A stretch of 64,000 nucleotides of DNA. Source: Myxococcota bacterium (GTDB lineage: Bacteria > Myxococcota_A > UBA9160 > UBA4427). Below the pieces are notes generated by a model that was given only the letters and a program-made list of their open reading frames with translations, made no database searches and was not told the DNA's origin. The stretch spans positions 58,558 through 122,557 of the forward strand of contig JBNLVL010000026.1 of NCBI GenBank assembly GCA_050618075.1, in the 5' to 3' direction. Below are positions 44,433-53,840 of the stretch, one piece after another (within the stretch, counting starts at the first letter, position 1; each line of letters starts with the position of its first letter). The translations under genes and the position numbers were made by a program.

Positions 44433-45169
44433 CGAGTCACTCCCTGGGGCGAGCGGAGCCCGGCCGCTGCGTAGGCGATCATGCGCACCAGGATCTCCTC
44501 TTCGGAGAGCGCGACGCCCGCGCCCTCGTCCCCCTCTCCGAGAGCCGGGGCGTCGTCGAGGTGCCCGGCCATCACGTGGACCATCAGCCCCACGGTGAAC
44601 TGGAAGGACAGCGCGAGGTCGTCCCTGGACTGATCCGGGAGAGCCCGCCCCAGGGCGCTCAAGAACCGGTCCACCAGGTCGTGGAAGAGCTCGCGCTTCA
44701 GCACGGCCACCAGCTCCGGCGGGTCCGCGAACAGCCGAGCCGCCACCTGGCGGACGGCGCGGCGGGCCTCGTCGCTGGTGGCCCGGTACTCGAAGCTCGG
44801 GCGCAGGAAGGCCTCGAGCACCTCTTCCACGGTGACGGCGCGGCCCTCCTGGTCGGCGCGGCCCAGCACCTGCTCGAGGGAGCGCAGCCGATGGCGATTG
44901 ACGGGCTCCAGGCGCCGCTGGATCACCGCACGCAGCAGGCTCTCCTTGCTGCCGAAGTGGTAGTTGGCCGCGGACACGCTCGTCCCGGCGCTCCGGGTGA
45001 TGGCTCGCATCGAGGCGCCCTCGAATCCGCGCTCGCCGAACTGCCGCTCGGCCGCGTCGAGCAGCCGCTCCTTGGTGCGGCGGCGGTCACCGGCCGAATC
45101 GCTCGGAGGGCTCGGGTCACTGGAAACGGCGGGGTCCGCCAGACGATCGGAGACGGGGTGGCTGCTCAT
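44429..45169 (-). CDS. TetR/AcrR-family transcriptional regulator
   Basis: Trimmed to ATG 45169, preceded by GAGGGAGG. HTH RLLDAAERQFGERGFEGASMRAITRSAGTSVSAANYHFGSKESLL. ATGA overlap with the MFP start. Confidence 0.9.
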   Translation of the reverse strand: MSSHPVSDRLADPAVSSDPSPPSDSAGDRRRTKERLLDAAERQFGERGFEGASMRAITRSAGTSVSAANYHFGSKESLLRAVIQRRLEPVNRHRLRSLEQVLGRADQEGRAVTVEEVLEAFLRPSFEYRATSDEARRAVRQVAARLFADPPELVAVLKRELFHDLVDRFLSALGRALPDQSRDDLALSFQFTVGLMVHVMAGHLDDAPALGEGDEGAGVALSEEEILVRMIAYAAAGLRSPQGVTR

Positions 45170-45345
45170 GGGCCTCCCTCGAACGCGCGTTCGGAACATA
45201 CGTTCGACGGTCCGGGTTTGCAATGGTCGAGTCTGCCAACCGGGGCCGGATCCGTCTCGCGATCCGCAGGTGGGAGTCCAAGTGGCCGTTTTTCCGTTAC
45301 GATCCGGCCAATCCGGGCCTCGCTGACGCCCGGGCCAGCAAGGGG

Positions 45346-45948
45346 ATGGTGATGGCGGTGGTGAAGACGGCGACGAAACCCGCGAACCGGTGGGTCGCCC
45401 CGATGGCGGCGGCGATCGCCGCGCTCGTGACCTTGGCAGCCGCGGCGCCGGCCGCAGCAGAGACCGGCTGGGTACGCGACGAGGTCCGGCTCAACCTCCG
45501 CACCGGACCCGGCACCCAGTACCGCATCGTGGGCGTCCTCAAGACGGGGGACGACGTGACCATCCTCGATCGCGGGGACAGCTGGACCCAGGTCCGCCTC
45601 GACGACGGCAAGTCCGGCTGGATTCCCCTCGGCTTCCTGCAGCCGACGCCGCCGGCCGCGGTGCGCATCGACCGGGTCCAGGCCCAGCTCGCCGAGCTCC
45701 AGGCGAAGCTCGACGAGACGGGCGCCGAGGCCGCCCGCCTGCGCGAGGAGAATACACAGATCGGCGGTCGCGACGGCGAGCAGCGCGAGGAGATCGAGCG
45801 GCTCACCCTCGAGAACTACGAGCTGCGCGCCGGTGCGCGCTGGCCCGAGTGGATCACCGGCGCCTCGATCCTCGTGGTCGGCATGATGGTGGGCGCGCTC
45901 CTCCACCGCAACGCGACCCGCCGCCCGAGTACGCGCATCCGCATCTAG
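45346..45948 (+). CDS. SH3b domain membrane protein (YgiM/TIGR04211-like)
   Basis: Signal peptide, SH3b block VRLNLRTGPGTQYRIVGVLKTGDDVTILD..DSWTQVRLDDGKSGWI, coiled coil, and C-terminal TM. Confidence 0.85.
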   Translation: MVMAVVKTATKPANRWVAPMAAAIAALVTLAAAAPAAAETGWVRDEVRLNLRTGPGTQYRIVGVLKTGDDVTILDRGDSWTQVRLDDGKSGWIPLGFLQPTPPAAVRIDRVQAQLAELQAKLDETGAEAARLREENTQIGGRDGEQREEIERLTLENYELRAGARWPEWITGASILVVGMMVGALLHRNATRRPSTRIRI

Positions 45949-45966
45949 GCCCCACCTCCCGGCGGC

Positions 45967-46291
45967 GGCCGCTTCGCTCCAATCGTGCGGGCCGCTTCGC
46001 ATGCACAGCGCCGCTTCGCTTCACCTGAGCGCCTCCGTTCCCCCGGTCTCGCACTGGGCAGCCAACGGCCGCGACGGTCCTGCGAGGCAGCGCGACCGGG
46101 AGTCGTTGGCAGCCCGGCTTCGCGTCGGGGGAGCAGGGGGTCCCGCGCGCAGATTCCGCAGGCGCCGAGGCCAGCGCGAGGCAGCCCGGTTACCCCGGGA
46201 AGCAACCCCGTCCGTTCGCCGAGGACTGTTTGAGCACGGGGCCCCCTGCTCCCCCGACCCGTCCCGAGCAGCGCATGAGGAGCGAAGCGGC
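45967..46291. repeat. Short (about 325 bp) MITE-like copy of the dispersed repeat family with inverted termini
   Basis: Three direct GCCGCTTCGC motifs (45969, 45991, 46010) on the left and AGCGAAGCGGC (46281-46291) on the right. Internal 14-bp inverted repeat GGGGGAGCAGGGGG / CCCCCTGCTCCCCC. The 30-mer CCCCCGGTCTCGCACTGGGCAGCCAACGGC (46040-46069) is identical to the reverse complement of 33808-33837. Confidence 0.85.
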
Positions 46292-46297
46292 CTGTCT

Positions 46298-46344
46298 GGG
46301 GGGGGGGGGGGGGAGGGAGAGCGGGGGGGGGGAGGGGAGGGGGG
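46298..46344. repeat. Homopolymeric G-run cluster (G16, G3, G10, G4, G6), G-quadruplex-prone
   Basis: G16 at 46298-46313, G10 at 46323-46332, G6 at 46339-46344. The cluster directly abuts the trkA stop codon (46345-46347, minus strand). Confidence 0.9.
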
Positions 46345-47709
46345 TCAGGAGCCGAGGAAGTCGGTCAGCTTGGGCGCGACATCGGTGGTGGTGATCAGCA
46401 GGACGCGGTCCCCTGCCTCCACCGTGTCCGAGCCCCGCGGCACCAGCAGCTGCTGACCGCGCCGGATGGCCACCACCAGCACACCCCGAGGCAGCTCGAC
46501 CTCCGAGAGCGGCCCGGCCGACAGCCGGCCGCCGCCGGTGGCCTCCACCTCCACGATCTCCACCTGGTCCTCGAGCAGGGCCGCGCCGCTGCGCACGGTG
46601 CGCCCGCGGATGTGCTGGAGCGTCATCCCGATGGTGATCGAGCGGGGACTGATGATGGCGTCGATGCCGATGTCGCCCACCATCGCGACCAGGGCGGGGT
46701 TGTCGACGAGGGCGATGGCCCGCTGGGCCCCCAGTCGCCGGGCCAGCAGTCCGGCGACCAGGTTCGACTCGTGGTCCCCGGTCGCGGCCACGAAGGTCGA
46801 GACCGTCTCGATCTCCTCGTCGTCGAGCAGCGTCTGGTCCGTCGCGATCCCGTGGATGACGGTGACGTCGTCGAGCTCCTCGGCGGCGCGCTCCGCCCGC
46901 TTCCGATCCGCCTCGAGCAGGACCACCCGCTCGTCGCTGGAGCGAAGCCTTCGGGCCAGCCCCAGGCCAATGGGTCCGGCGCCGGCGATCATCACCCGGC
47001 GGGTGCGCCGATGCTCGACTCCGACCAGGGAGAGCACGTCCGAGAGCTCCTCGCGGGCGATGGCGAAGTAGACCAGATCGTCGACCTCGATGGCCTCGCT
47101 GCCGTGGGGAATCAGCCAGTCGGCGCCGCGGTGGATCGCAACCGCCAGCGTGGGGGTCGCCGCGAACAGGAGGTTCAGGTCGGAGACGTGGAGCCCCGCG
47201 AAATCGGAGCTCGGGCCGATCCGGAAGCCGGCCACCAGCAGCTCGCCGTCGAAGAAGTCCACCACGTCCAGGGCGCCGGAGACCTCGAGCAGGCTCGCAA
47301 TCCGGTCGACCGACGCGAGGTCGGGGTTGACGGTCACGTGCTCGGTGGGATGGTCGGCGCCGATGAGGGCGAAGCCTTCCTCGTGGCCGGGATCGCGCAC
47401 CCGGACGACGATCCTCGGGACGCGGAAGATCTCGGCCGCCAGGAAGCCCACCACCATGTTGGACTCGTCGGAGTCGGTCGAGGCGACCACCAGACCGGCG
47501 TTGGCGGCGCCGGCGCTGCGCAGGACGGGGGTCGTCGCCCCGTTGCCCACGACGACCTGGACGTCCAGGGTGTCGGCGAGGTTCGCGACCTTCTCCGCGT
47601 CGGTCTCGATGACGGTGACGTCGTAGTTGTCCCGCGAGAGCCGGTCCGCCAGGGTCTGGCCGACCAGGCCTCCGCCGACGATGACGATGTTCCGGAGCGT
47701 CGTGGCCAA
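46345..47709 (-). CDS. trkA: Trk potassium uptake system NAD-binding protein TrkA (two RCK units)
   Basis: Trimmed to TTG 47709 (ATTLRNIVIVGGGLVGQ...). Second Rossmann motif VMIAGAGPIGLGLA. Tandem TrkA-N/TrkA-C organisation. Confidence 0.85.
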   Translation of the reverse strand: MATTLRNIVIVGGGLVGQTLADRLSRDNYDVTVIETDAEKVANLADTLDVQVVVGNGATTPVLRSAGAANAGLVVASTDSDESNMVVGFLAAEIFRVPRIVVRVRDPGHEEGFALIGADHPTEHVTVNPDLASVDRIASLLEVSGALDVVDFFDGELLVAGFRIGPSSDFAGLHVSDLNLLFAATPTLAVAIHRGADWLIPHGSEAIEVDDLVYFAIAREELSDVLSLVGVEHRRTRRVMIAGAGPIGLGLARRLRSSDERVVLLEADRKRAERAAEELDDVTVIHGIATDQTLLDDEEIETVSTFVAATGDHESNLVAGLLARRLGAQRAIALVDNPALVAMVGDIGIDAIISPRSITIGMTLQHIRGRTVRSGAALLEDQVEIVEVEATGGGRLSAGPLSEVELPRGVLVVAIRRGQQLLVPRGSDTVEAGDRVLLITTTDVAPKLTDFLGS

Positions 47710-47735
47710 GCGATCTTCTCTGGCTCTCCGCCGTT

Positions 47736-47795
47736 CTCTGCTCTTCCCGGCTCTGCTCTTCCCGGCTCCGCGCTGCCCGGCTCTGCACCGGCCGG
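47736..47795. repeat. 15-nt tandem repeat x4 in the trkA leader
   Basis: CTCTGCTCTTCCCGG (47736-47750), CTCTGCTCTTCCCGG (47751-47765), CTCCGCGCTGCCCGG (47766-47780), CTCTGCACCGGCCGG (47781-47795). Confidence 0.9.
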
Positions 47796-47861
47796 TCGGG
47801 CGGTCGGCCGGTCGGATGCTCGCGGGCCCGCGCGCCGCCCCATGGGCGCCGGGCGGTGGCG

Positions 47862-49241
47862 CTACAAGGTGGGCGACATCAGGAACATCGCGATGGCGCT
47901 CACAGCAAAGCAGGCGATCGCCACGAGGAAAGTGTAGCCGACCACGTCTCCGAACCGCATGCGCGTGACCGCGAGGATGGGAATCGCGAAGAAGGGCTGG
48001 ATCAGGTTGGTCGTGGAGTCCCCGTAGGCGTAGGCCAGCAGCACGCTGACCGGCGAGACGCCCAGGCTCTCGCCGGCGGGCAGCAGGAAGGGCGCCTCGA
48101 TCAGCCACTTCGACCCGGCCGAGGGAACGAACAGGTTCATGATGCCCGAGTAGACGTAGACCACGAAGGGATAGGTGGCGGTGGTCGCGAAGCGCGCGAA
48201 GAGCTCCCCGAGCCACGCTCCGAGCTGGGTGTTCTGCATCAGGCCGAAGATGCCCGCGTAGAACGGGAACTGGATGATGATCCCCCAGGCCGAATCGACT
48301 CCGGCGCGACAGGCCCGCAGGAACGAGAGCGGCCGTCCGTGGAGCAGCAGCGCCAACGCGAGGAAGACGACGTTGTAGGCGTTGATGGTCCAGCTCTCGC
48401 CGAAGCCGCGCCGGGCGATCGAGTGGCCCAGGGGATAGGCGAGGAGCAGGACGGCCAGCGCGACCCAGCCGGGGAAGGCGTCGACCCGGCCCGCCGGCGT
48501 CTCCGGACGCGGGGGCCTCTCGGGCGGCGACGGCATGATGCGCTCCACCTGATCGGGCGTCAGCACCTGGGGGTCGCGGCGCGGATGCAGCAGCGTGACC
48601 GCCAGCAGGGCCACGGCTCCGACCACCACCAGGTAGACCAGGTTGAAGGGGTGGAAGAGGGTCTCGGTCACCGGGTAGAGGCGGTCGACGATGGGGGCGC
48701 CGCTCTCGGGCGCGAGGATCGGGTTGCCCGGCGTCGCCAGGATGAGGGGCGCCGACCCGGAGAGGCCCCCGTGCCAGACCGTGCCGAGCCCCAGGTACGA
48801 GGCGGCGACGAGGACGCGCACGTCGGTCTTCGGGTTGCGGCGACACAGGAAGGGGACGAAGAGGGCGCAGGCCACGAGGCACAGCGCCCAGTTGAGGTAG
48901 CCGGTGACCAGGGAGAAGACCCCGGCGAGCCAGACGGCCTGCAGGGGCCGGTCGGGGTCCGGCCAGGCCGCGAGCCGGTCGAGCAGGGCGAAGACCGGCC
49001 GCGACGACACGCAGGCGTGGGCGGCGACCATGGCGATCGTGAACTGCATGGCCAGGGCCAGCAGGTTCCAGACCCCGTCGCCCCAGGCGAGCAGCGCCTC
49101 CTCCACCCCGGCCCCGGCCCCGAACAGGGCGAGCGCCAGGGCGAGCACCGTGAGGAACATGCAGATGACCCAGGCGTCGGGGACCCAGCGCTCGGTGACG
49201 CGCGACAGACCCGCACCCAGGTCGCGGAACGCGTCGAGCAC
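47862..49241 (-). CDS. Short-chain fatty acid transporter (AtoE family)
   Basis: 459-aa polytopic ORF with GTG start. Blocks GGLSGSAPL and NLFVPSAGSKW are reminiscent of AtoE/TIGR00366 proteins. Confidence 0.8.
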   Translation of the reverse strand: MLDAFRDLGAGLSRVTERWVPDAWVICMFLTVLALALALFGAGAGVEEALLAWGDGVWNLLALAMQFTIAMVAAHACVSSRPVFALLDRLAAWPDPDRPLQAVWLAGVFSLVTGYLNWALCLVACALFVPFLCRRNPKTDVRVLVAASYLGLGTVWHGGLSGSAPLILATPGNPILAPESGAPIVDRLYPVTETLFHPFNLVYLVVVGAVALLAVTLLHPRRDPQVLTPDQVERIMPSPPERPPRPETPAGRVDAFPGWVALAVLLLAYPLGHSIARRGFGESWTINAYNVVFLALALLLHGRPLSFLRACRAGVDSAWGIIIQFPFYAGIFGLMQNTQLGAWLGELFARFATTATYPFVVYVYSGIMNLFVPSAGSKWLIEAPFLLPAGESLGVSPVSVLLAYAYGDSTTNLIQPFFAIPILAVTRMRFGDVVGYTFLVAIACFAVSAIAMFLMSPTL

Positions 49242-49345
49242 GAAGCGCGCCTCCCCGAGGGTTCTGGCGCCCTACCCTATCCGCCCGCGGCTCACCGGTG
49301 CAAGCGCGCTGTCGCGCTGTCGCGGCACTTTCCGGTCGCTGGGCG

Positions 49346-51379
49346 ATGCGTCACCATGGACGCGGGGTGGCGCCCGAAAGGCCGATGCAGCGAAGAGAAG
49401 CGTCCGGAGCGCCCCCGGCTGGTCAGGCCGGCCCCGCTCCTCACACAGCACTTGGAGCCCTCGGCCATCTCGGGGATGGCGGCGAGCGCGATCGTCTCGA
49501 CGGACGGCTGATCCTGCAGCTGCTCCGGCGCTGCCTGCGGCTGCTGGTCCCCGTGCGCGCCCACATCATCGCCCTGTGCGCGGGCTTCGCCGGGCTCGCG
49601 GTGCTGTTCGTCCCGCCGGTGCTGCTCGGCTTCGACCTGTTCTGGACCCGCGTCCTCCAGGGCGAAGCGCTCACCGGGTTCCAGGTCGGGCTGCTGGGCC
49701 TGGACCCGGGCACCTGGGGCCCGGGCGCCGAGCTCGGGGTGGCCCAGCGCCAGCAGCTCGCACGCTGGATCGCCCTGTGGGCGCTCCCGGTGACCGCCGT
49801 GCTCTTCCCGATCGGAGCCGGGCTCTACTACTACCAGGTGTGGATCCTGCAGCGCATCAACCAGGACCTGCGGCTCGACCTCCTCGGGCGACTCCAGGCC
49901 CTGTCGCTCCGCTTCCACGCCGACAGCCGGGTGGGCGATGCGCTCTACCGGCTCTACCAGGACAGCGCCATGGTCACCCAGCTGATCGAGGTGATGATCC
50001 TGGTCCCGCTGGCCGCCATCGGCCGCCAGCTCTTCTGCCTCGCCGTGGTGGCGGCCTTCGACCCGGGCCTGGCGGGCGTGCTGGCGATCGGCTGGCCGCT
50101 CTCCCTGTGGATCGCCCACCGCCTGACCCGCCCCATGCGGGTCGCCTTCCGGCGGGCCCGGGAGTCCAACAGCCACCTCACCTCGCGCATCCAGGAGACC
50201 CTGGTCGGCATCCGCGTGATCAAGGCCTACGGAGCCGAGCGCTACGAGCAGGCGCGCTTCGACGAGAGCAGCCTCTCCGCCTTCGCCGCCGCGTTCCGCG
50301 CGCGAAACCTGTTCGCCTTCTTCCAGGTCGCCGTCTTCTGGGTGATCGGCACGGCGGCGCTGGTCGCCACCGCCATGGCCACCCTCGACTCCCGCGACGG
50401 CGTTCCGGTGGCCGTCGCGGTGGCCGGGTTCACGGCCTGGAACCTGGGGCTCTACAGCTACTTCAAGGTCCGGGTGGGCGACGCCACCAACTCCGCCCGC
50501 GATCTGTTCAAGACCTGGGGGCGCATCCAGGACGTCACCATCGGACTCGACCGGGTCTTCGAGATCCTCGACCTCGAGCCCGAGGTCCAGGACGCAGCGG
50601 ACGCGGTCGACCTCGAGAGCGTCCGGCAGGGCGTGGCCTTCCGGAACGTCTCGTTCGCCTACGCCGCCGGGCATCCGGTGCTCCAGAAGGTGGACTTCGA
50701 GGCCGGGACCGGGACCATCACCGCCATCGTCGGCCCCACCGGGTCCGGCAAGACCACCCTGCTGTCGCTGCTGCTGCGGCTCTTCGATCCCAGCGAGGGA
50801 GAGGTGCGCGTCGACGGCCGCGACCTGCGCGAGTTCACCACGGCGAGCGTGCGCCGCCAGGTGGCCGTGGCCCTGCAGGAGAACCTGCTCTTCGGGGACA
50901 CGGTGCGCGAGAACATCCGCTACGCGGTCCCCGACGCGAGCGAGGCGCGCGTCCGCGCCGCCGCCCGGGTGGCCTGCGCCGACTCCTTCATCGAGCAGCT
51001 GCCCGACGGCTACGACACGCTCCTCGGCGAGCGCGGGACCAAGCTCTCGACGGGCCAGCGCCAGCGGCTGTCCATCGCCCGGGCGGTGCTCAAGGACACG
51101 CCCGTCCTGATCCTCGACGAGCCCACGGCCTCCCTGGACGCCGCCACCGAGCTCGCCGTGCTCGACAACCTGGCGGAGTGGGGTCGCGAGCGGACCATCT
51201 TCCTGATCACCCACCGGCTCTCCACCGTTCGGCGCGCCGACCGCATCGTCTTCCTGCGAAACGGCCGCATCGAGGAGCAGGGCTCCCACGACGAGCTGAT
51301 GAACCGGCCGGGCGGCCTGTACCGGAGGCTCGTCGAGAGCGAGATGGCCCCGCTCGCGGCCGCGGAGGCGGCGTCGTGA
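49346..51379 (+). CDS. ABC exporter, fused permease/ATPase subunit (type I exporter)
   Basis: Six-TM domain, then Walker A GPTGSGKTT, signature LSTGQRQRLSIARA and Walker B ILILDEPT. The start is uncertain (ATG 49346 or ATG 49385). Confidence 0.85.
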   Translation: MRHHGRGVAPERPMQRREASGAPPAGQAGPAPHTALGALGHLGDGGERDRLDGRLILQLLRRCLRLLVPVRAHIIALCAGFAGLAVLFVPPVLLGFDLFWTRVLQGEALTGFQVGLLGLDPGTWGPGAELGVAQRQQLARWIALWALPVTAVLFPIGAGLYYYQVWILQRINQDLRLDLLGRLQALSLRFHADSRVGDALYRLYQDSAMVTQLIEVMILVPLAAIGRQLFCLAVVAAFDPGLAGVLAIGWPLSLWIAHRLTRPMRVAFRRARESNSHLTSRIQETLVGIRVIKAYGAERYEQARFDESSLSAFAAAFRARNLFAFFQVAVFWVIGTAALVATAMATLDSRDGVPVAVAVAGFTAWNLGLYSYFKVRVGDATNSARDLFKTWGRIQDVTIGLDRVFEILDLEPEVQDAADAVDLESVRQGVAFRNVSFAYAAGHPVLQKVDFEAGTGTITAIVGPTGSGKTTLLSLLLRLFDPSEGEVRVDGRDLREFTTASVRRQVAVALQENLLFGDTVRENIRYAVPDASEARVRAAARVACADSFIEQLPDGYDTLLGERGTKLSTGQRQRLSIARAVLKDTPVLILDEPTASLDAATELAVLDNLAEWGRERTIFLITHRLSTVRRADRIVFLRNGRIEEQGSHDELMNRPGGLYRRLVESEMAPLAAAEAAS

Positions 51380-53343
51380 GCACCCGTCCGTCGCCGGAGA
51401 TCAGCCACCGCGAGACCCTGGGCATCCTGGTTCGCGCGCTCCGCTACGTCGGTCCCTTCCGCTGGCAGTTCGCGGTGAAGGCGGGGCTGCTGTTCGCCAG
51501 CGTGGTGCCGATGCTGCTGGTCCCCTGGCCCATCAAGATCCTGATCGACCACGTCATCGAGAAGATCCCGATCGAGGGCGCCCTGGACGGCTACCCGACC
51601 CTCCTGCGACCCCTGGTCGCCCAGCTCGCCCCGCTCGACACGACGGGCATCCTGGTGGCGCTCTTCGTGTTCCTGATCGTGCTGCTGCTCGTGGGAGGCG
51701 CCTTCGGCAGCGCCGGGGGCGAGCGCGACCGGGCCGACGCGCGCATGGCCAACGGCTACGACACGGCCACCCGCACCGAGAACGAGGCCAACGAGGGCTG
51801 GAGCTTCGCCGGCGGCCTGCTGGGCCTGCTGGACTTCCGGTACACCCTGCGGCTCACCCAGGCCTTCAACCACCACTACCGCCGCGCGCTGTTCGAGCGC
51901 ATCCAGGCGCTGCCCATCACGGCCTTCGACGACGAGAAGATCGGCGATGCGGTGTACCGGGTCATGTACGACACCCCGGCCATCACCAACGCCTGCTACC
52001 GCATCATCCTGACGCCCCTGGCGGCGCCGCTGCTCATCGTGCTGGTCGCCCTGTTCCTGCGCTCCGCCTACGGCGATCATCCGGTGCTGTACTGGAGCGC
52101 GCTGGCCTTCATCCCCCTCGCGCTCTGCGTGTCGCTGCCCATGGCCGGGCTGGTGCGCCGCCGGGCCGCCCGCAGCCGCCACGCCGGGGCCGTGACCACC
52201 AGCACCGCCGAAGAGGGCATGGCGAACATCCTCGCGGTCCAGAGCCTCGGCGGAGAGGCGCGCCAGCGCGGCCGCTTCGACTCGGACAGCTGGGACTCGT
52301 TCGGCGCCTACCGGTCGTTCCTGCTGGCGGGCATCGCCACCTTCCTGCTCGCCGCCATCCCCGGGATCGTCCTGGTGGGCTATGCCTTCCTGTACGTCAC
52401 CGACCTGGTCACCGAAGGCGTGCTCACCCGCGGCGACTTCGCGCTGCTCTTCGGCTACTACCTGCGCATCGCCTTCACCGCCGTCGACCTCGGCGGACTC
52501 TGGTTCAGCGTCCAGGGCAACGCCGCCGGACTCCAGCGCGTCTTCTTTTTGATGGACCTGCCCGGGGAGCGGGACCGCGACGGGGGCGAGGTCCTCGAAG
52601 GCGTGAACGACGGGGTGCGGATCGAAGGCGTGGAGTTCGACTACCCCGACGGCTCTCCTGCGCTGCGGGACGTGGACCTCGAGGCCCGGGTCGGCGAGAT
52701 GGTGGCCTTCGTGGGCCCGGCGGGAGCCGGCAAGACCACGCTGGCCTATCTGATCCCGCGCTTCCTCGAGCCCCGCCGCGGGAGCGTGCGCATCGACGGC
52801 CGCGACGCCTCGCGGCTCACCCTCGACTCCCTGCGCGCCCAGGTCGCCTTCGTCTTCCAGGAGACGGTGCTCTTCGACGCGACCGTGGAGGAGAACATCC
52901 GCATCGGCCGTCCGGAGGCCAGCGACGCCGACGTCGAGCGCGCGGCCCGGCTGGCGGGAGCCCTCGAGTTCATCGAGCGCCTGCCGCAGGGCTTCCAGAC
53001 CCCGCTGGGCCGCTCGGGCGGCAAGCTCTCCACCGGACAGAAGCAGCGGCTGGCGATCGCCCGGGCCCTCGTCCGCGAGGCCCCGATCCTCATCCTGGAC
53101 GAGCCCACCTCGGCGCTCGACCCGGACACCGAGCAGCAGCTCGTGCGGACCCTCGACGCCATCCGCGGCGAGCGCCTGATCATCGTGATCGCCCATCGCC
53201 TGTCGACGGTGCTGGCCGCCGACCAGATCGTGTTCCTCGAGGACGGACGCATCGTCGAGCGCGGTCGCCACGACGATCTGGTGGCCCGGCCCCAGGGCGC
53301 CTACCGCCGATTCATCGAGCTGCAGACCCGGGGCGCCGCCTGA
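51376..53343 (+). CDS. ABC exporter, fused permease/ATPase subunit (partner of upstream gene)
   Basis: GTG 51376 overlaps the upstream stop (GTGA). Walker A GPAGAGKTT, signature LSTGQKQRLAIARA, Walker B ILILDEPT. Confidence 0.9.
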   Translation: MSTRPSPEISHRETLGILVRALRYVGPFRWQFAVKAGLLFASVVPMLLVPWPIKILIDHVIEKIPIEGALDGYPTLLRPLVAQLAPLDTTGILVALFVFLIVLLLVGGAFGSAGGERDRADARMANGYDTATRTENEANEGWSFAGGLLGLLDFRYTLRLTQAFNHHYRRALFERIQALPITAFDDEKIGDAVYRVMYDTPAITNACYRIILTPLAAPLLIVLVALFLRSAYGDHPVLYWSALAFIPLALCVSLPMAGLVRRRAARSRHAGAVTTSTAEEGMANILAVQSLGGEARQRGRFDSDSWDSFGAYRSFLLAGIATFLLAAIPGIVLVGYAFLYVTDLVTEGVLTRGDFALLFGYYLRIAFTAVDLGGLWFSVQGNAAGLQRVFFLMDLPGERDRDGGEVLEGVNDGVRIEGVEFDYPDGSPALRDVDLEARVGEMVAFVGPAGAGKTTLAYLIPRFLEPRRGSVRIDGRDASRLTLDSLRAQVAFVFQETVLFDATVEENIRIGRPEASDADVERAARLAGALEFIERLPQGFQTPLGRSGGKLSTGQKQRLAIARALVREAPILILDEPTSALDPDTEQQLVRTLDAIRGERLIIVIAHRLSTVLAADQIVFLEDGRIVERGRHDDLVARPQGAYRRFIELQTRGAA

Positions 53344-53359
53344 GCCGCACCCTCGGCGC

Positions 53360-53830
53360 TCAGCCCCCGGCGCGGCCGATCATGCCGGCCAGCACGAAGG
53401 CCGCGGAGACCAGTCCGGCCAGCGCCCCGACGACCGCCACGCGGCCGGCCAGCCGATGGGCCCGAAGCACCCGGGGCGGCGCCGGCGGCGCCGCGGGGTC
53501 GCCCAGGACCTGGCGGCTGTGGCGCATGCGGCGGGCGCGCTGGAGCGCGACCCCGCCTCCCAGCAGCATGGCCAGCACGCAGGTCTCGTGGAAGCGCAGG
53601 GTGTTGATCGCCGCCGGGGACCAGGCGCTGAAGTCCTCGCGGCCGAGCACGGCCAGCTTCACCAGGTAGGAGCCCACGAAGACCAGGACCAGCGCGCAGG
53701 CCGCGAGCATGGAGCGCCGGTGACGCGCCACCTCTCCCGCACGGGCCTGCCGCACCCCGGCGATCGCGAAGCCGGCCATCAGGGCCATGTTCAGCAGGGC
53801 TCCGGTCCAGAACCAGGTCTTGGCGTCCAT
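53360..53830 (-). CDS. DUF420-like small integral membrane protein
   Basis: 156-aa ORF with four predicted TM helices. The pattern resembles DUF420 by recall. Confidence 0.7.
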   Translation of the reverse strand: MDAKTWFWTGALLNMALMAGFAIAGVRQARAGEVARHRRSMLAACALVLVFVGSYLVKLAVLGREDFSAWSPAAINTLRFHETCVLAMLLGGGVALQRARRMRHSRQVLGDPAAPPAPPRVLRAHRLAGRVAVVGALAGLVSAAFVLAGMIGRAGG

Positions 53831-53840
53831 CGGCCCATCC

